Source: Chrysomallon squamiferum (Eukaryota > Animalia > Mollusca). From it: a stretch of DNA of 64,000 nt. The notes under the pieces are model-generated. The model had not been told where the DNA came from. It did not search any database and worked only from the letters and a program-made list of their open reading frames with translations. The position numbers were made by a program, and so were the translations under genes. Where the stretch lies: positions 23,250,001 through 23,314,000 of the forward strand of contig CM022665.1 of the NCBI GenBank assembly GCA_012295275.1, given 5' to 3'. Position 1 is the first letter of the stretch; each line of letters starts with the position of its first letter. This document shows, one piece after another, positions 40,211-58,993 of this stretch.

Positions 40211-40940
40211 AATAATTCTTACCCTAACGATACTTCCAATTGTGACACTCATAATTTTTTTAATTAACCCTAACCTAATCCTAACCCTAACCCTAACTCT
40301 AACCCTAATCCTAACCCTAACCCTAACGCTAATCCTAACACTAACCCTAGCCCTAACTCTGACACTAAACCTAAACCTAACGAAGGGACTAAACATAATT
40401 CTTATGATAACTCTATTTCTAACCCTCATCCTAAAACTGTTTTGTACATTATCATTAAACTTATAGTAAACTTTAAATAACCCTAATTCTAACCCTTACC
40501 CTAACCCTAATCCTAACCCTAACCCAAACCTTAACCCTAACCCAGACTCTAAACCTAACCCTAACGAACTTAATTCTAAAGTTAACACTAATACTAACTC
40601 TGAACATAAAACTGTTTTGCAGATTATAACAAGACTCTCAACAAACTTTAAATAACATCACCCTAACTAACCCTAGCCCTAATCCTAATCGTAGCCCTAA
40701 TCCTAGCCCAACTTCCAAACCTAATCCTACCCAAGTCCCAAACATTAATTCTTACCCTAACGCTACTTCCAATCGTGACACTCAAATTATTTTGCACATT
40801 ATCATAACATACATAATGCAATTTAAATGACCCTAACTCTAACCCTAACCCTAACTCTAACCATAAGCCTAACTCTAACTCTACCAATAACGCTAACCCT
40901 AACGAAGGGACTAAATGTAATCCTTATGCTAACACTATAC
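40211..40940. repeat. Degenerate telomere-like (CCCTAA)n tract
   Basis: Runs of CCCTAA, CTCTAA, TCCTAA and CCCTAG hexamers, with an internal duplication at about 533 bp offset (40214 vs 40747). Confidence 0.8.
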
Positions 40941-42443
40941 TGAAAACAGAAAAAAAAGAAGTTGACGATACTGTTATTGTGTCCTTTGAAGTTTATATAT
41001 ATAAATATATATAATGTTTTCGTTCATGAACTAGTTCCCTATTTATAAAATTTTATTGCACTCATAGTGTGTCTAATTCTAAACCTGTTTTGAAGATGTC
41101 ATGAATGCTTATCTGATATCTTTAATAAAATAATAAAATTACGTTTTCACAATAAATTTCCATGTGTTGTTTGATGCACAGTATTGTGAATAAATCATCT
41201 TTCTAGATGTTAATTGTTTTCTTTCGAACTGTAAGATATTTCCTTCTTCTAAAATATAAGTGTTTGGAATAAAAGGTTCTGTGTAAACCTGTTTCTTATT
41301 AATATTGTTTATGAAATAAACAAATAAAAAAATAAAGTCTAGAAACACATCCATCCTCTTGTTTCTGAATATTTTAGAGACTATTTAATTATTTATACAA
41401 TATCTGAAATATATTGTAATAAAAAGTATTCTTGACAGAAGTTTAACAAAGGAATCTGTATTATGTTTATTTTAATATAGAAGCCGTTAATTATATAAAA
41501 ATGATACTTAAAGCAAAAACATGAAAATATTCACCGACATAAATTAACAAACAAAAGTTAAAAAAAAAAAAAAAAAAAAAAATCTACATTAGAAAACAAT
41601 TTAAAAAATAAAACATGAATTCTAAATCAGACATATGTGTCCTTTAATACTAAGAAAACTACCCAATAAAATAATTGAAATACAAATAAAACACCACGAA
41701 AAACACGCTGTACGAAATATATTAAAAAATATATATATATGGAATATAAAAGAAGAAGAAATGTTGTTGCGCAATTTAATACATTTTTAATTTCAAGACC
41801 TAAAAATAAATTAAAATCGCTAAACAATTACTGATGTTATATATGTTTCTTGTTGTGTTCACTGTACTGTTTTTAAAAGTTTCTTTGTGTCTCATTCTGT
41901 GACCAATGTTTTTTTTTTTTTTTTCATTCAGTTACCCGTTTGCAATTTCATCAGCAAAACCGACAAATGGCTTTATCTAGCTCAGTACAGAAGGCTTTTT
42001 GTAATTTATATAGCTAAGTACAGAAAGAAATGTTGTAATTCATAACTTTATAATTATTATTATTATTAGACTTTGTCATCTGTTATTATCTGCTTCTATG
42101 ACGCATTAAAAAAAAAAAAGTACATGAACCTATTTATGTATCTTCCTTTATCCCCATTCAACCGTCCATATCATTCTCATTTCAAAGAGTTGAATTGTAT
42201 CTTTAAACACATCTCTATAGTCATTCACTGAACATGCAAACACGATGACAAAAACTTGTAATACTTTTAGACATTCTCAAAGGAAAGTTCGTTAATACAG
42301 AGAGATAATAAGCAACAAAGGCTCTGAGATATGTAGATAACATGTGAGGAATATTTTAAAGCTTTGCATGTATTATTTATCTGCGAGTTACTCCCCGTGA
42401 GGGGATACCTGTAAGAGGATACCTGAATATGTTTAAATAAAAT

Positions 42444-42478
<35 letters not shown>

Positions 42479-43461
42479 TCTGATGTATATATATAAAAAT
42501 ACATATATATACATAAACACACACAAACCCCCACGGAAAAAAAAGCCAGATAGTACACTAAGAAAATCAAAGGCCGCTATGTGTTGCACATCTGTCTAGT
42601 AAATGATTCCATGTTGCTAACCTGGAAATGATGAAATATCTGTAAGAAATGTTCTCTCTCATACCGTATACAAGAAGTCATGATAAGCAAAAAATGTTTG
42701 TGGACCCGAGTCTGTGCTTGGGAAACCTTTTTCAAAACTACCTACTCAAATTTATTAATCGTTAGTAACTTCTTTCTGAGCCGAGCTAAATTTTATATAA
42801 TGTTTGAGTGACAATACTGATTATTTCTGACAGAAATACACCCAGAGAAGCTGACGGTTGAAGCTAATGATTTATTTCAAAATTAAATCAGTTCGAAGAA
42901 ATTCATACCAATAAGTGTCCTTCCCACAGACATCTCAGTTTTATTTCGTTTATTTCAACTTTCAAAGATATTTCTATAGTTTGTGATTTCTAGTAAAAGA
43001 AGATGAAATTAACGATGGAACAAAACGTAGTCGCATTTATTTATTATGAATTGCTTGATTTTCGTTTTAAAGCGAAATATACAAATATAATATTACATCG
43101 TGATCTAAAAAACAAGATTCCAGCTTCGAATGAGATATTTTAATTTGGCTGTAAATAAGAAACTTACCAGAACAAGTCTTTCTTAAAAGTAATTTACACG
43201 TCATTTGATAGTGTATCAGGTTTGTTTTTGTTTTTGTTGTTATTGTTTTTTATTAGGCGTACATATATTTTTCTGTTGGGTGATTCTTTTCCCTTCTTTC
43301 TTTTTTGTAAATGTTTGTGTACTTTGCTAATATAATGTCAATATTTAGGCATAAAGGCAATTTGTGAAAACAGAAATATAACAACATTTATTTTATTTCT
43401 CGCAATTTATTATTTTAGCTTTTCTTTAGGTACAAATATGTGTTTATGTGCGCACCTTTAC

Positions 43462-43517
<56 letters not shown>

Positions 43518-43875
43518 ACACATTCACACACACGCAAGTACACAGAAAGAACAGTGTGATAAGAAATTTAATACAACATTTTGCCGCTAATCCTGTCTTT
43601 ATATCAGTTCAATTTATTCTATATTGGTTGTTAATTTTATATTCGTCATCGACTACCTTTATTTAAATGGTCCTCTTTAAGTGAAAGGAAAAATAAATGC
43701 TCTGGATATCTTGTTGCTGCTGCTACTGTTGTTTATTGTAGTGTATTACTTCTACTACTGCAACTATTTAACCTAAACTGGCACAGAATTATAAAGAGGG
43801 CAAGAGTGAGACTGTCAAAAGCTAATGAATGGAGCTACGGAAGCAATTAGAATTTCTAGGGAATGTTTCTAGGCT

Positions 43876-44468
43876 ATGTCACGATACTTCTTTTTCTTAT
43901 ATTTCCGTCGACCAGTGACTGCAAGTTGTATAATTGCTGTTTCATTTTTGGCCTGCAGGGTTCTTTATAGAGGTGAGCAGTTTGTAAATATTTGGATGTG
44001 GCGACTTCAGTGGATTGTTCAGTTTATGGTGCCAGCCTTGAACATGGTTTGTTGTGCGTGGGCCAGTGGTTTCGTAGTGGTTCCATGCTGATCTGCTGTC
44101 TCTAGTCACCCATGTTCAGTTACATAGTCTGCGAACTTGTCGATGTCGGGGAATTCTACGATCAAGAGCATGCAGCTATACGTCACCCAGTCGATCTAAC
44201 GGTACTAGTGGGAGAACAGCAGCACGTCGCACAAACGTCTGGACATCAGCGTTGTCCCTTAAAGGGATGGCTAGTTTACATGGTTCTCGTGAGTATCGGA
44301 TTATACACTGGGTGTAATGAAAAAACATCCTTTCATTTCGACACCTGGAAACACGGATGAAACACCGTTCCATGCTGCTGACTCAAAGACCATGAAGATA
44401 TCCCAACATCATTTTGGCTACGTGGGAGACAGATGTTTTTAAGTTTTAGGCTAAGTGAGAGTGAACCG
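43876..44468 (-). pseudogene. Decayed Mutator-like (MULE) transposase fragment
   Basis: Minus-strand translation across frameshifts and stops: IFMVFESAAWNGVSSVFPGVEMKGCFF/HYTQCI (CxxH motif), VQTFVRRAAVLPLVPLDRLGDV, WNHYETTGPRTTNHVQGWHHKLN...HPNIYKLL, KKKYRDI. Extra sequence relative to the paralogous site near 7390. Confidence 0.8.
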
Positions 44469-46321
44469 TTTTGAAACATATATGCTCATACGTAAGTGTT
44501 CAAACAAATTTATTGATCTGCTAATATTTTGTTTAGGGTGATCATGGAAAAGGTTTCATATTAGAAAAATACTATTTGTGAATCCCTTTTAGCACTAAAA
44601 TATGATGAATTAGGAACAAAAGATTATTTTCAAGAATATGCCAAACCGTTTTAGGATGGGGCGGGGTTATGGGAGCCCTATCGTAAATTAGGGTTCACTT
44701 TAGGACATGAATTCTGATTCAGTTTTGCTGTTATGACCTATTATGACTGCAAGTCAGTCAGTATTTTTAATTTTTATATGTAATAATGTTGTATAATTTT
44801 GCTACGTAAATGTGTATTTTGTTCTGTCATTACAACTTCTTTGGCTGTCATCTGTGTCTTCAGGCGTGACCAGGTTGAAAGCCGTCTCGTTCATTATCAG
44901 TGGGTATCTACTTTACATCTTCATGAACACCTCGCCCACTTTTGTGCAGGGACAAAGCCCTGTAATTTGTGAAATGCTAAACTAATACGCTTCTCAAAGA
45001 TACGATCTTAAAAGCACAGACATTTAGTGTTCGATTCATGGAGCTTGCAGTTATTTTGTAACTCTAATTCAAGTTAAGTCAACGATAAATTATTTTTAAA
45101 AAGTTGAAATAATAACGTTATGGTGTATTTAAAAAATATAAAATAAAATCAGAGAAATAATGTTTATTTATTTATTTATTTATTGTTGGAAAGACAAACA
45201 AAAGAAGAAAAAAGTAAATAACAAATAAACTAATAAAGACACTCAAGCGGCGATGAAATATGTTCAGACAAAAAAGAAAAAACGTAAAACAAATCTCTAA
45301 ATGAAAATAATGTTATTAGTTTAATAACAACATCCTTCTTGACAGTAGTAAATGCGTCGTGGTAATGTATTCAAGTAAGGATATACAACATAAGTAAATG
45401 AATGAGGTTGTTGTTCAGATATCTGAGTGCAGTGTTAACCTTTTGTTACAAAACTTCTGTGAACCCACTGCACTATTTCCTAAGTCAAACATCCATGAGA
45501 CTATTTTGTAAAAAGCTGTATTATATGTTTTACCGTTTATGGGAAAATACTTATGAAAATTCCCTCGTTGAGTTATTCCAAATCAGTAACATATAGCTGC
45601 CGTTTTCTTCATTTATTATCTACGTAGTCGTGAATGTTATGAGTAAAGTCATATAATGTAGATTATGATTATGTGGAGTGCGTAGTTTATACATAAAAAC
45701 ATTTTGTACAAGATACAATTTAAGGGAAAGTCTGAATATTAAATTTTAATAAATAATACGATTATGCAAACAGTAAAATCAATAATAAATAAATAAGTAT
45801 GTCAGTGAAAAAGACTTACTAAAGGTAGTCGTCGTTTTGTACTCTGTACGTGCAACAGCTGACATCGTTTTTCAACCATATAAGAAAAGATTTAGAGAAT
45901 ATTAATATATTTATTTGGTATAATTGTTTGTCATTTTTAATATTGAAACAACATAGAAAAGTGAATGTACATTTCATAAACTCAAGTATTTTTAACATAA
46001 TTTAAACTGACATCAATAAATTCATTGATCATCATTATATCCGAAAATCGAAGACTTCTAACTGGTTGTGTTATCGTGAAACATTCATTCACTAATTTTC
46101 AGTTAAGAGAATTACAATATCTGTCTAAAGTATTAATGTAAATAACAAAAATTTAATTATTATTTTTCTTCATTTTATCGTCCATTCTTTTCTTACCCCA
46201 GAAGCCTGTTTGTTTATGGTTTCATTTATTTTATTTAATGAGACTTGCTCGTGCTTTAAAATGGTGGTTATTCCTATTGTCCCGAAAAAGTAATTCACTG
46301 CAAGACTAGTATAAAGCTACA

Positions 46322-46432
<111 letters not shown>

Positions 46433-47175
46433 AACTCGATGATGTGACAGTTTCTGGTTTCTTTTCTACATACTTTAATAATTTCATGAAGACTGCGTCT
46501 ATCGTCGCAACATTACGTTTAGTATATTGCACAGTTTTTGCTTTAGGTTAAACACTGTTTTATGTAAAAACAATATACAGAAGTACTGGGAATACAGCTT
46601 CGATTCTCTCTTATTTGTGTGACTATCGAACTTGTTCATTTGACTAGATGTCAATATTTTTAAACAGATAAATCACTTAAGAAATGAATGAACTCATGGT
46701 TATTAATATTTGGTAATTTTAATGCATAGTATATACAGTTATTTCGTAATTCACTATGCATAAAATTTTCCTCAAAACAAAATCTTTTCCTTTTAAAAAC
46801 AAAACAAAACAAAAATAATGAAATGATAAAAAATGAAAAGAGAAAATGTAATGAAAGAAAAAACAAGGAAAATAACAAAAACGTATGCAAATATTTATCG
46901 CTAGATTCCTATTTTGTTTTCCAGTTATTCAGTTTTGTTTACTTATATAGGCGATAAAAATAATTTTCATATTACATGTCATAAGCTGTCAAATTTTCCA
47001 GAAAGGTGTGAACAAAGGTGAACAGATTATGAACAGAACCAATAAGAGAAGAGAACGCGGCAACGTCAAAGGATGTACAAGCAACCTCTTTTCAAGGAAT
47101 GAGTCATTGTCAAAGAGTACGTTCATTATTATTTATATATTTGTTACCGCTATTTAAATTATAATAATTGTTGTT

Positions 47176-47372
47176 TGACGTAAGTCACACCTTTACACAG
47201 GCAGCCAATGAGAAACCGATTAGATGTCGGGTACCCTTGAAACACCCTTTTAAATCGAATTTGTAAATTTGAATATGCAAAAGACGAAAATGTATAAAAA
47301 CCAAGCTCAGGTCTATGTTATACAGAACTGACAGTTTTGATACAGAAAACATTTGTACACTGAACTGTAAGT
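47176..47372 (+). promoter_or_regulatory. Putative core promoter and 5'UTR exon of copy 4
   Basis: TGACGTAA 47176, CCAAT 47205, TATAAAA 47293, GTAAGT 47367. Confidence 0.5.
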
Positions 47373-49508
47373 ACTTCTGATTTTTTACGTTTTTATTTAT
47401 TCCTATACTATGTTATTTTTTTTTAGTAGTGTCTTTTAGGTTTTCTCTCGAAAGTAAAATTTCAGTGTCTAATACTATTTAATGCATTTTAAAACGACGT
47501 TTTACATAACACATTAATTTAATTTGTATAATACCCGAATGAACGTGCATACACACTAAAACTCACACACATCCACATATACCCATATTAAGTATATACA
47601 TATCTGCACATATCTAATAACATTATATATTGACATATTTATATATATAAAACATACGTACATATATACATACATACACACACGAATACATGCATGCACA
47701 CATTCACACACCCTTACATATACATATACATGCATACATACGTACGTACATACATGTGGATAAGTACATACGCACATACATACATGCATACATATATGGA
47801 TACATAAATGTATATGTGCATACATACATGTATACTGTTGTGAGTATGTTACAGTAACATCACGTTTATATATAATCATGGTTAAATCAGTGTTTATATA
47901 TAATCACGTAACTTGTAGCATGTTTGATAAAGAAAAGAAAAACAAACAACCAAGAAACGACAGAAAAATAAAGAAGAAAAAGAAATAACAGACGTGTATT
48001 GCTTTCCATGCTAGGAGCAGTTATCGATGTTCAGTCTAAAAATATCTACTTGTCCAGTGAGACTGAAATAACAACATTTGGTCATTATTTAGACAAGAAA
48101 CAATCTGTATTGTATAATAGCAAGATACTTTTTACAGTCAATCGCTTAGACAAGTAATACATTAGAGAAACATTTTATAGTACTATTGAAAAATACGTCT
48201 TTTAGTCAGTGCCTTACACAACGAATATTTTAAATGCTCTAAAAATATATTTTATTATTATTATAATAATTGCAAAATACGGTTTTTATTACAGTCGCTT
48301 AGAGAAGTAATATCTTAACTGCTTTAGAAGCATTATTATCAAACCATTCAAGTTTGTGGTGGTATGTAATTATAACCCTGAAAATCCTCCAGTCAGACAG
48401 ATGAATTCGCCTTCGTTGAATTTGTATATGTTCAATTTACTTGCTATATTAATATATTTATTAAACTGTTAATACAGAAGAATGCAAGGTATTTTTACAA
48501 CCGCGAAGTATTTTGAAAAAACAAGCAGTTTAAAAATGGAATAAAAAACAAATAATAACAAATAAAGATTTTTAAAGAGAAATGACCCGATTATAACTAA
48601 TGTCGTTCACGGAACTGTACATCGAAATAGATATTCTGGTTTCTAAAGCAAGAAAAGCAGTCAAAAACAATGATGTATTACTAGCAATGGAAGACATTTA
48701 TAGCAATTAAAATCAGCAGGCTCTGATGAAAACTGTATTCCCAAATGTATCAGATTGAAAACAGGTCACAGTCTACACGTAGTTTATTCTACGTAATGAA
48801 TTAATATATCGACTGATAAAAATACTCTTTTTTATTAGAAACTGGCATTTGTGTTTTTATTTGTGTAAATTACGGGCAGACCAACCTCTTCGTCGCCTGT
48901 AAAGAAAGAGTGACTTTATTTGAGCGTTACGATATACACTTCAGAGCTACAAGTATCCATAAAACAAAGATTTACCTGGTTTCTGTAATTTATGATATAA
49001 TATTTATATGAAATTTGTGACTTTTCATTTTTTTTTTATTAATGTGAAATCATTTAGACAAGCTGTGTGCAATATCTGCTATTCTATTGTATTACTCCAT
49101 TTTGCGTTTTTTATTTTATTTATTAGCTCACAGTAAATCTCTAAATGACTACTGACTGTTCACTGGCGGCCCAGTTCAGTGATTATTAATTAAATTACTC
49201 AGTCATTTGTTATTGTTACAGCTCACACTTCTATATCCGAATATTATTTGCAGACAATGAAACCAGCTTTTTTCTTTCTATCTTTGATTCAGTCTTTCTT
49301 TTTCTTTTTTCTTTTTTGTTCCTCATTATTTTTAACTCAACCAACAGATGACTTCATAAATGGCGCCTTCTATATCCGACATTTCATATGTTTGTAACTT
49401 TATTTTGTTGTATTTTTTTTTAAAGGGATAAAAGATTTTATTGGTTAGTGGTTGAGTGGTTACTGGTGATTTTATACAATTATTATTCGTTGTTTTAGTG
49501 CTGAAACA

Positions 49509-54568
<5,060 letters not shown>

Positions 54569-57105
54569 AATATTCGACCTATCATTTCTATTTCATTATG
54601 AAATCCATATAATAGTGACTTGCTTATTTTTACTCTTTGACAGAGCTGTACCTGAATGAAGAAAATTAGACTGATAGTTTTTCACTATCGAAAGAAATAA
54701 AATGGCTTTGTAGAGATGTATTTAAATGATAGTGTACAGATCTGCCAAAGATACGCAATAGTTAATATCTGAGTTTTGTATTTTTGATAAATTGAATGTA
54801 TTTGTACACATTTTGACAATATGTCATCATCTGCGGGAAGATAAAAGGCTGGTAATTTTGAAAGGTGTTTTAAAACTCATAGCTTTTAAGATATCTAATC
54901 AGAAACACACCCACAAGCATTTATTTTATTTGCACATTTTGCACTTTTTGCTATAATGAAAATGTCATTTGTTAATTAACCATACACGCCGATAAAAAAC
55001 AACAAAAAGTAAAATAAAATAATAATAATATTAATAATCTATCATAGTTGTTACTGATAGGTACTTTTTTGTTTCAATAATCAGGTTTTCAGCTTGTTCC
55101 ATTCTTGCTGAACTGATGCAAATTTTAATTTTATTGAAGTCAAATTGGACTTAAATAATTCCTATAGTTTGTCTAGTTAGTTGCAGACTACCTTTGGCAG
55201 CATGAAAAAAGAAAAAAAAAAAGAAAATATATTGAAAGAAATGGGAATCTTTGTTCTTGTAGAGGTCAGTTAAAGTGTGTTTGTGGTGTTGGGTTAATCA
55301 GCAATATTCTTCTTTAGACAGTTGATATTTTCTTGCACAAACCGTTCTGGGAATGCTGAATTCTTTCAGAGGCTTCCTGATGGTAAATACGTTTAGGCCA
55401 TCCATTTACAGTTTCTTTACTTGCTGGTCTTTTTACTTCCACATATATTTTTTTTCTTCTGGCTGTTTGGCGTCTTTCTTGATTATGGGGGACAATTCTA
55501 TAAATGATGGTCAATAGAACATCCAGATTTCATTCTTTGATATTCTTCTTTATGGTAATAATCTTCTTGGATGGTTATGTTTACTTAATTTACTTTCATA
55601 GGAGTCAAGAAGCAGAAATAAACAGAACAGATCATGAGAATTTTTAAATCAAACAAACGTTTTATTACTGATCAGGTTGGATTTTTTCAAAAGAAATAAA
55701 CGAACAGAGCCAAGGAAACCACTAAAGTAAATAAAAATAACAAACAACACTGAAATTTACAACGAATATTTTGAATGTTTTTATTTTTATTTTTTTTATT
55801 TTTTTTTTATTATTATTATTATTTTTTAATCGGTGTACTATAATGAAACATAATTATGATGTTTTTGCCATCAGAATCATTCTTTTTTTTAATGCTTTAA
55901 ATAAAGTTAATGAAATAGTCAGTAACTAATACACAACAATATTACAAAATAAACAATAGTGATATTTTGATTTCCGTTTCTATTATTAGTTTTTGAACCC
56001 GTAAATTATTTAATATTTTAATTTTGTTTCAATTCAAAATTAATAAAATTGTTGCACTTATTTGGTTATTTGTTATTTGCAGTTTTAGTGAAAATTATGT
56101 ATTTTTATTTTATTTTCACGGTCTGTGGATTGTTGAAAACGAAAGCCTTACTGCAGTGAGAAACGGCTTACAGACGTTTTAATACTTGCTCTAAGGTGGT
56201 AATTGTTTACAAGAAAAAACATTATCGAATTGATTAGTACCCGTGTTTGAAGGGAATTCCCCAAAACGGGTAAAAACGTCCTGTATAAAAGACAATAACT
56301 AAAATGTTTAAAAATTCAAATAAAAAAAACATAACACTAAAAAAAGAGGATAATATAGACAAATCTTGTTCAGTGGTGTATCTACATTTTGGGGGACCCT
56401 GAAGCTTGAACAACGAGATATGGATAATTACTCTTATGTTCTTCTATGGCAATGTCCAATGACAGGTTTTAAAAGTATAGACACATCTTAAATGTTGATT
56501 AAAATTTTGAAGAAATGTGGGCTGAAGTCGCTTCTGGTAAAAGCGGCCCTGAAGTCTCAGCTTCATTACTTTAATACTAAATTCACACCAGCTCTTGTAT
56601 ATTTGGTATGATTGTAATTACAAGCTCTGTGAAAGCAAACACGGTCGTGGAAATAAACCAGAGAACGAGATTAACATTATTTTGACGAGATTAGATTGTG
56701 CTTTTTTTCTTTCTTTCTTTCTTTTCATGAGTAGGTATTAGACTACAAATAAATTAATAGACTGTGTTAGTGGCTTATATCAGGTTTAACAGAGGAAACA
56801 ACGGCAATAATAATAATAATAACAACTATAGATAACAAAATTACTAGAAGATAGAAGACCTGTGTTTTATTGTACGGTACCTAGAATAAATATCACTTTT
56901 AAATTTGTTTTATTCATACAATATTTATCAGCGTCTTTGTTTATATCCCAACGATTAAGTATTATCAAACAAATAATTTTGCTTAAATTTTCTCTTTCAT
57001 ATATTCATATTGCATTCCAAAATGATAAAACACATTCCGAACGAATTTTACTAATTTGCCTAAAGTAAATCCAGTTTATTTTATTAATTTATTATTAATT
57101 ATTAC

Positions 57106-57186
<81 letters not shown>

Positions 57187-57338
57187 TATTGCATACATTC
57201 ATACACGCACACTATAGATTATCAGTAAGGGACAGAACTCGTGTAGTAGTAAAACTCGTTACTATTGACTAAATTAAGTCCCTTTACATATTAGATCGTC
57301 TTCATATTTTTTAAAAGGCAAACAGACTTAATTTAGTG

Positions 57339-57798
57339 CAGGGTGCGCAACATGTGGCCGAGGGAAGGATGTCGCCTCACCACATTTAACGTTTCATTTG
57401 AAACAGAGCGAGGCTGTGTGTCAGTATAAACACTCACACACGATGAGTTTCCTACGACTGTCAGATGCCGTACACAACAAGGCGTCCAGTGTTAATTTTT
57501 AGATCCGACAGTTTTAAAGTTGTAATTTAAGAAAAATAATGAATAATAATAATAATTTTTTTATTATGAATTTTATTGTAATCTTAGAGAGATGAAGTTA
57601 ATTCTCAATGAACCATGTAAATGCAACTATTATTTAATATGCAGCATTTAAAGTCACTCAGGTTCACTGTTAGAAAATTATGCAAAATCATACATGTTAC
57701 GCTTTCAGATTTTACGTAATCACATTGAAATTTGTGCGGCCATAGTGTCAGTGAAGTTAAAGCACTGCGACCTACAAGATCAGAAAATTTCACCCCTG
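57339..57798. mobile_element. hAT-type MITE, same insertion carried along by the array duplication
   Basis: Same termini and ATTTAGTG TSD as 22297-22749. Confidence 0.85.
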
Positions 57799-58781
57799 AT
57801 TTAGTGTTTCAGAAACATTATTATTATTGCTGATTAGTTTGCTTCATGGTAGCGAGGATGTAAATAGAATTTTAAAATCACTAAAAACTGATGTCATTAG
57901 ATAATACCCACTCTCAAAGGTTTTTAATATACAGTGAAACATGGCATATAATCCGTGACACCTTGTACCTCTCTGGTTATTCTGAAATAACGCTGATGAT
58001 TATTATGATCAGAGGGAAAAGAGCCAGGGATATTTATGGCTTGATGGGTAATCAGAAATACGCAACGGAAGTTACGTATGAGACAAATGGGCATCTGATA
58101 CCATAAAACTGATGAAACAAATATTTGCCCTTGGAGTGAAGATGACATGTTTGTAGAAGACTGTTACTTACAATTCACCTTGAAAGTAAAGTATAAAATT
58201 ATTACATAAATTGTGTGTGACGGACGTTACCCTAGCAGATATTACATTTTGTCCGTTGACAAAAAATGAAGTTAAGTGGTAGAACATGGCCCACTCCTGT
58301 AAAGATTAATGAAGTGGATTTTAAAAAAATAACTCTATTCTCTACTCGATGTCGCCAGTTAGTGCTATTCCCACTGACTGTATCATGCCCAGCTTCATAA
58401 AAATAAGGCGTTCTAGAGTGGGATACTCTGACTGATGACATAAAATAGCAGTAGACATTTTCAATGTTAATATTATAATAATATGAAACTAATCAGCGTG
58501 GATTTAGGAGCAGAAGTAATATGTTGTGAAGAATTTAAGAAGAAGATTTCATTGAGAGAATGTATATTTTTTTTCTTAGATTATTGATAAAACATTTGTA
58601 TAACAACACATTTGGAACAAACTGAATAATAAATGATTATTTAAAATTAATATTAATGAACAAAAAAATTCTAATACATACAGTACAAATATTATTCTAG
58701 ACGTTCACACGTTTTCACGAAGTTTTGTTGCTTTTGTTGAAGATTTTATCTATGCTATAAGGCTGTTGGTTTTTTCTAGAG

Positions 58782-58993
58782 CAGGGGTGCGCAACCTACG
58801 GCCGCATTCGGCCGTGGGAAGGGCGTCGACTCATCACATTTAACGTCTCACAAAGGTTCGTTGTTAGAAAATTATGCAAAATCATACAGGTTACGCTTTC
58901 AGATTTTACGTAATCACAATGAAATTTGTGCGGCCATAGTGTCAGTGAAGTTAGACGCCGCGGACTATAAAATCAGATTTTTGCGCATCACTG
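58782..58993. mobile_element. Second, independent insertion of the same hAT MITE family
   Basis: TIRs CAGGGGTGCGCAA / TTGCGCATCACTG (11 of 13 complementary); flanks TTCTAGAG / CTCTAGGG (6 of 8, TCTAG core). Shares internal sequence (ttacgctttcagattttacgtaatcaca) with the 22297 family. Paralogous site without the element at about 2948-2978. Confidence 0.8.

Noticed and set aside
40140-40887. LT-repeat and RV-repeat ORFs
   Set aside because: Reading frames through the degenerate CCCTAA hexamer repeat; no splice or domain evidence.
43876-44360. Plus-strand ORFs 43876-44091 and 44112-44360 as genes
   Set aside because: Antisense shadows of the minus-strand MULE remnant.
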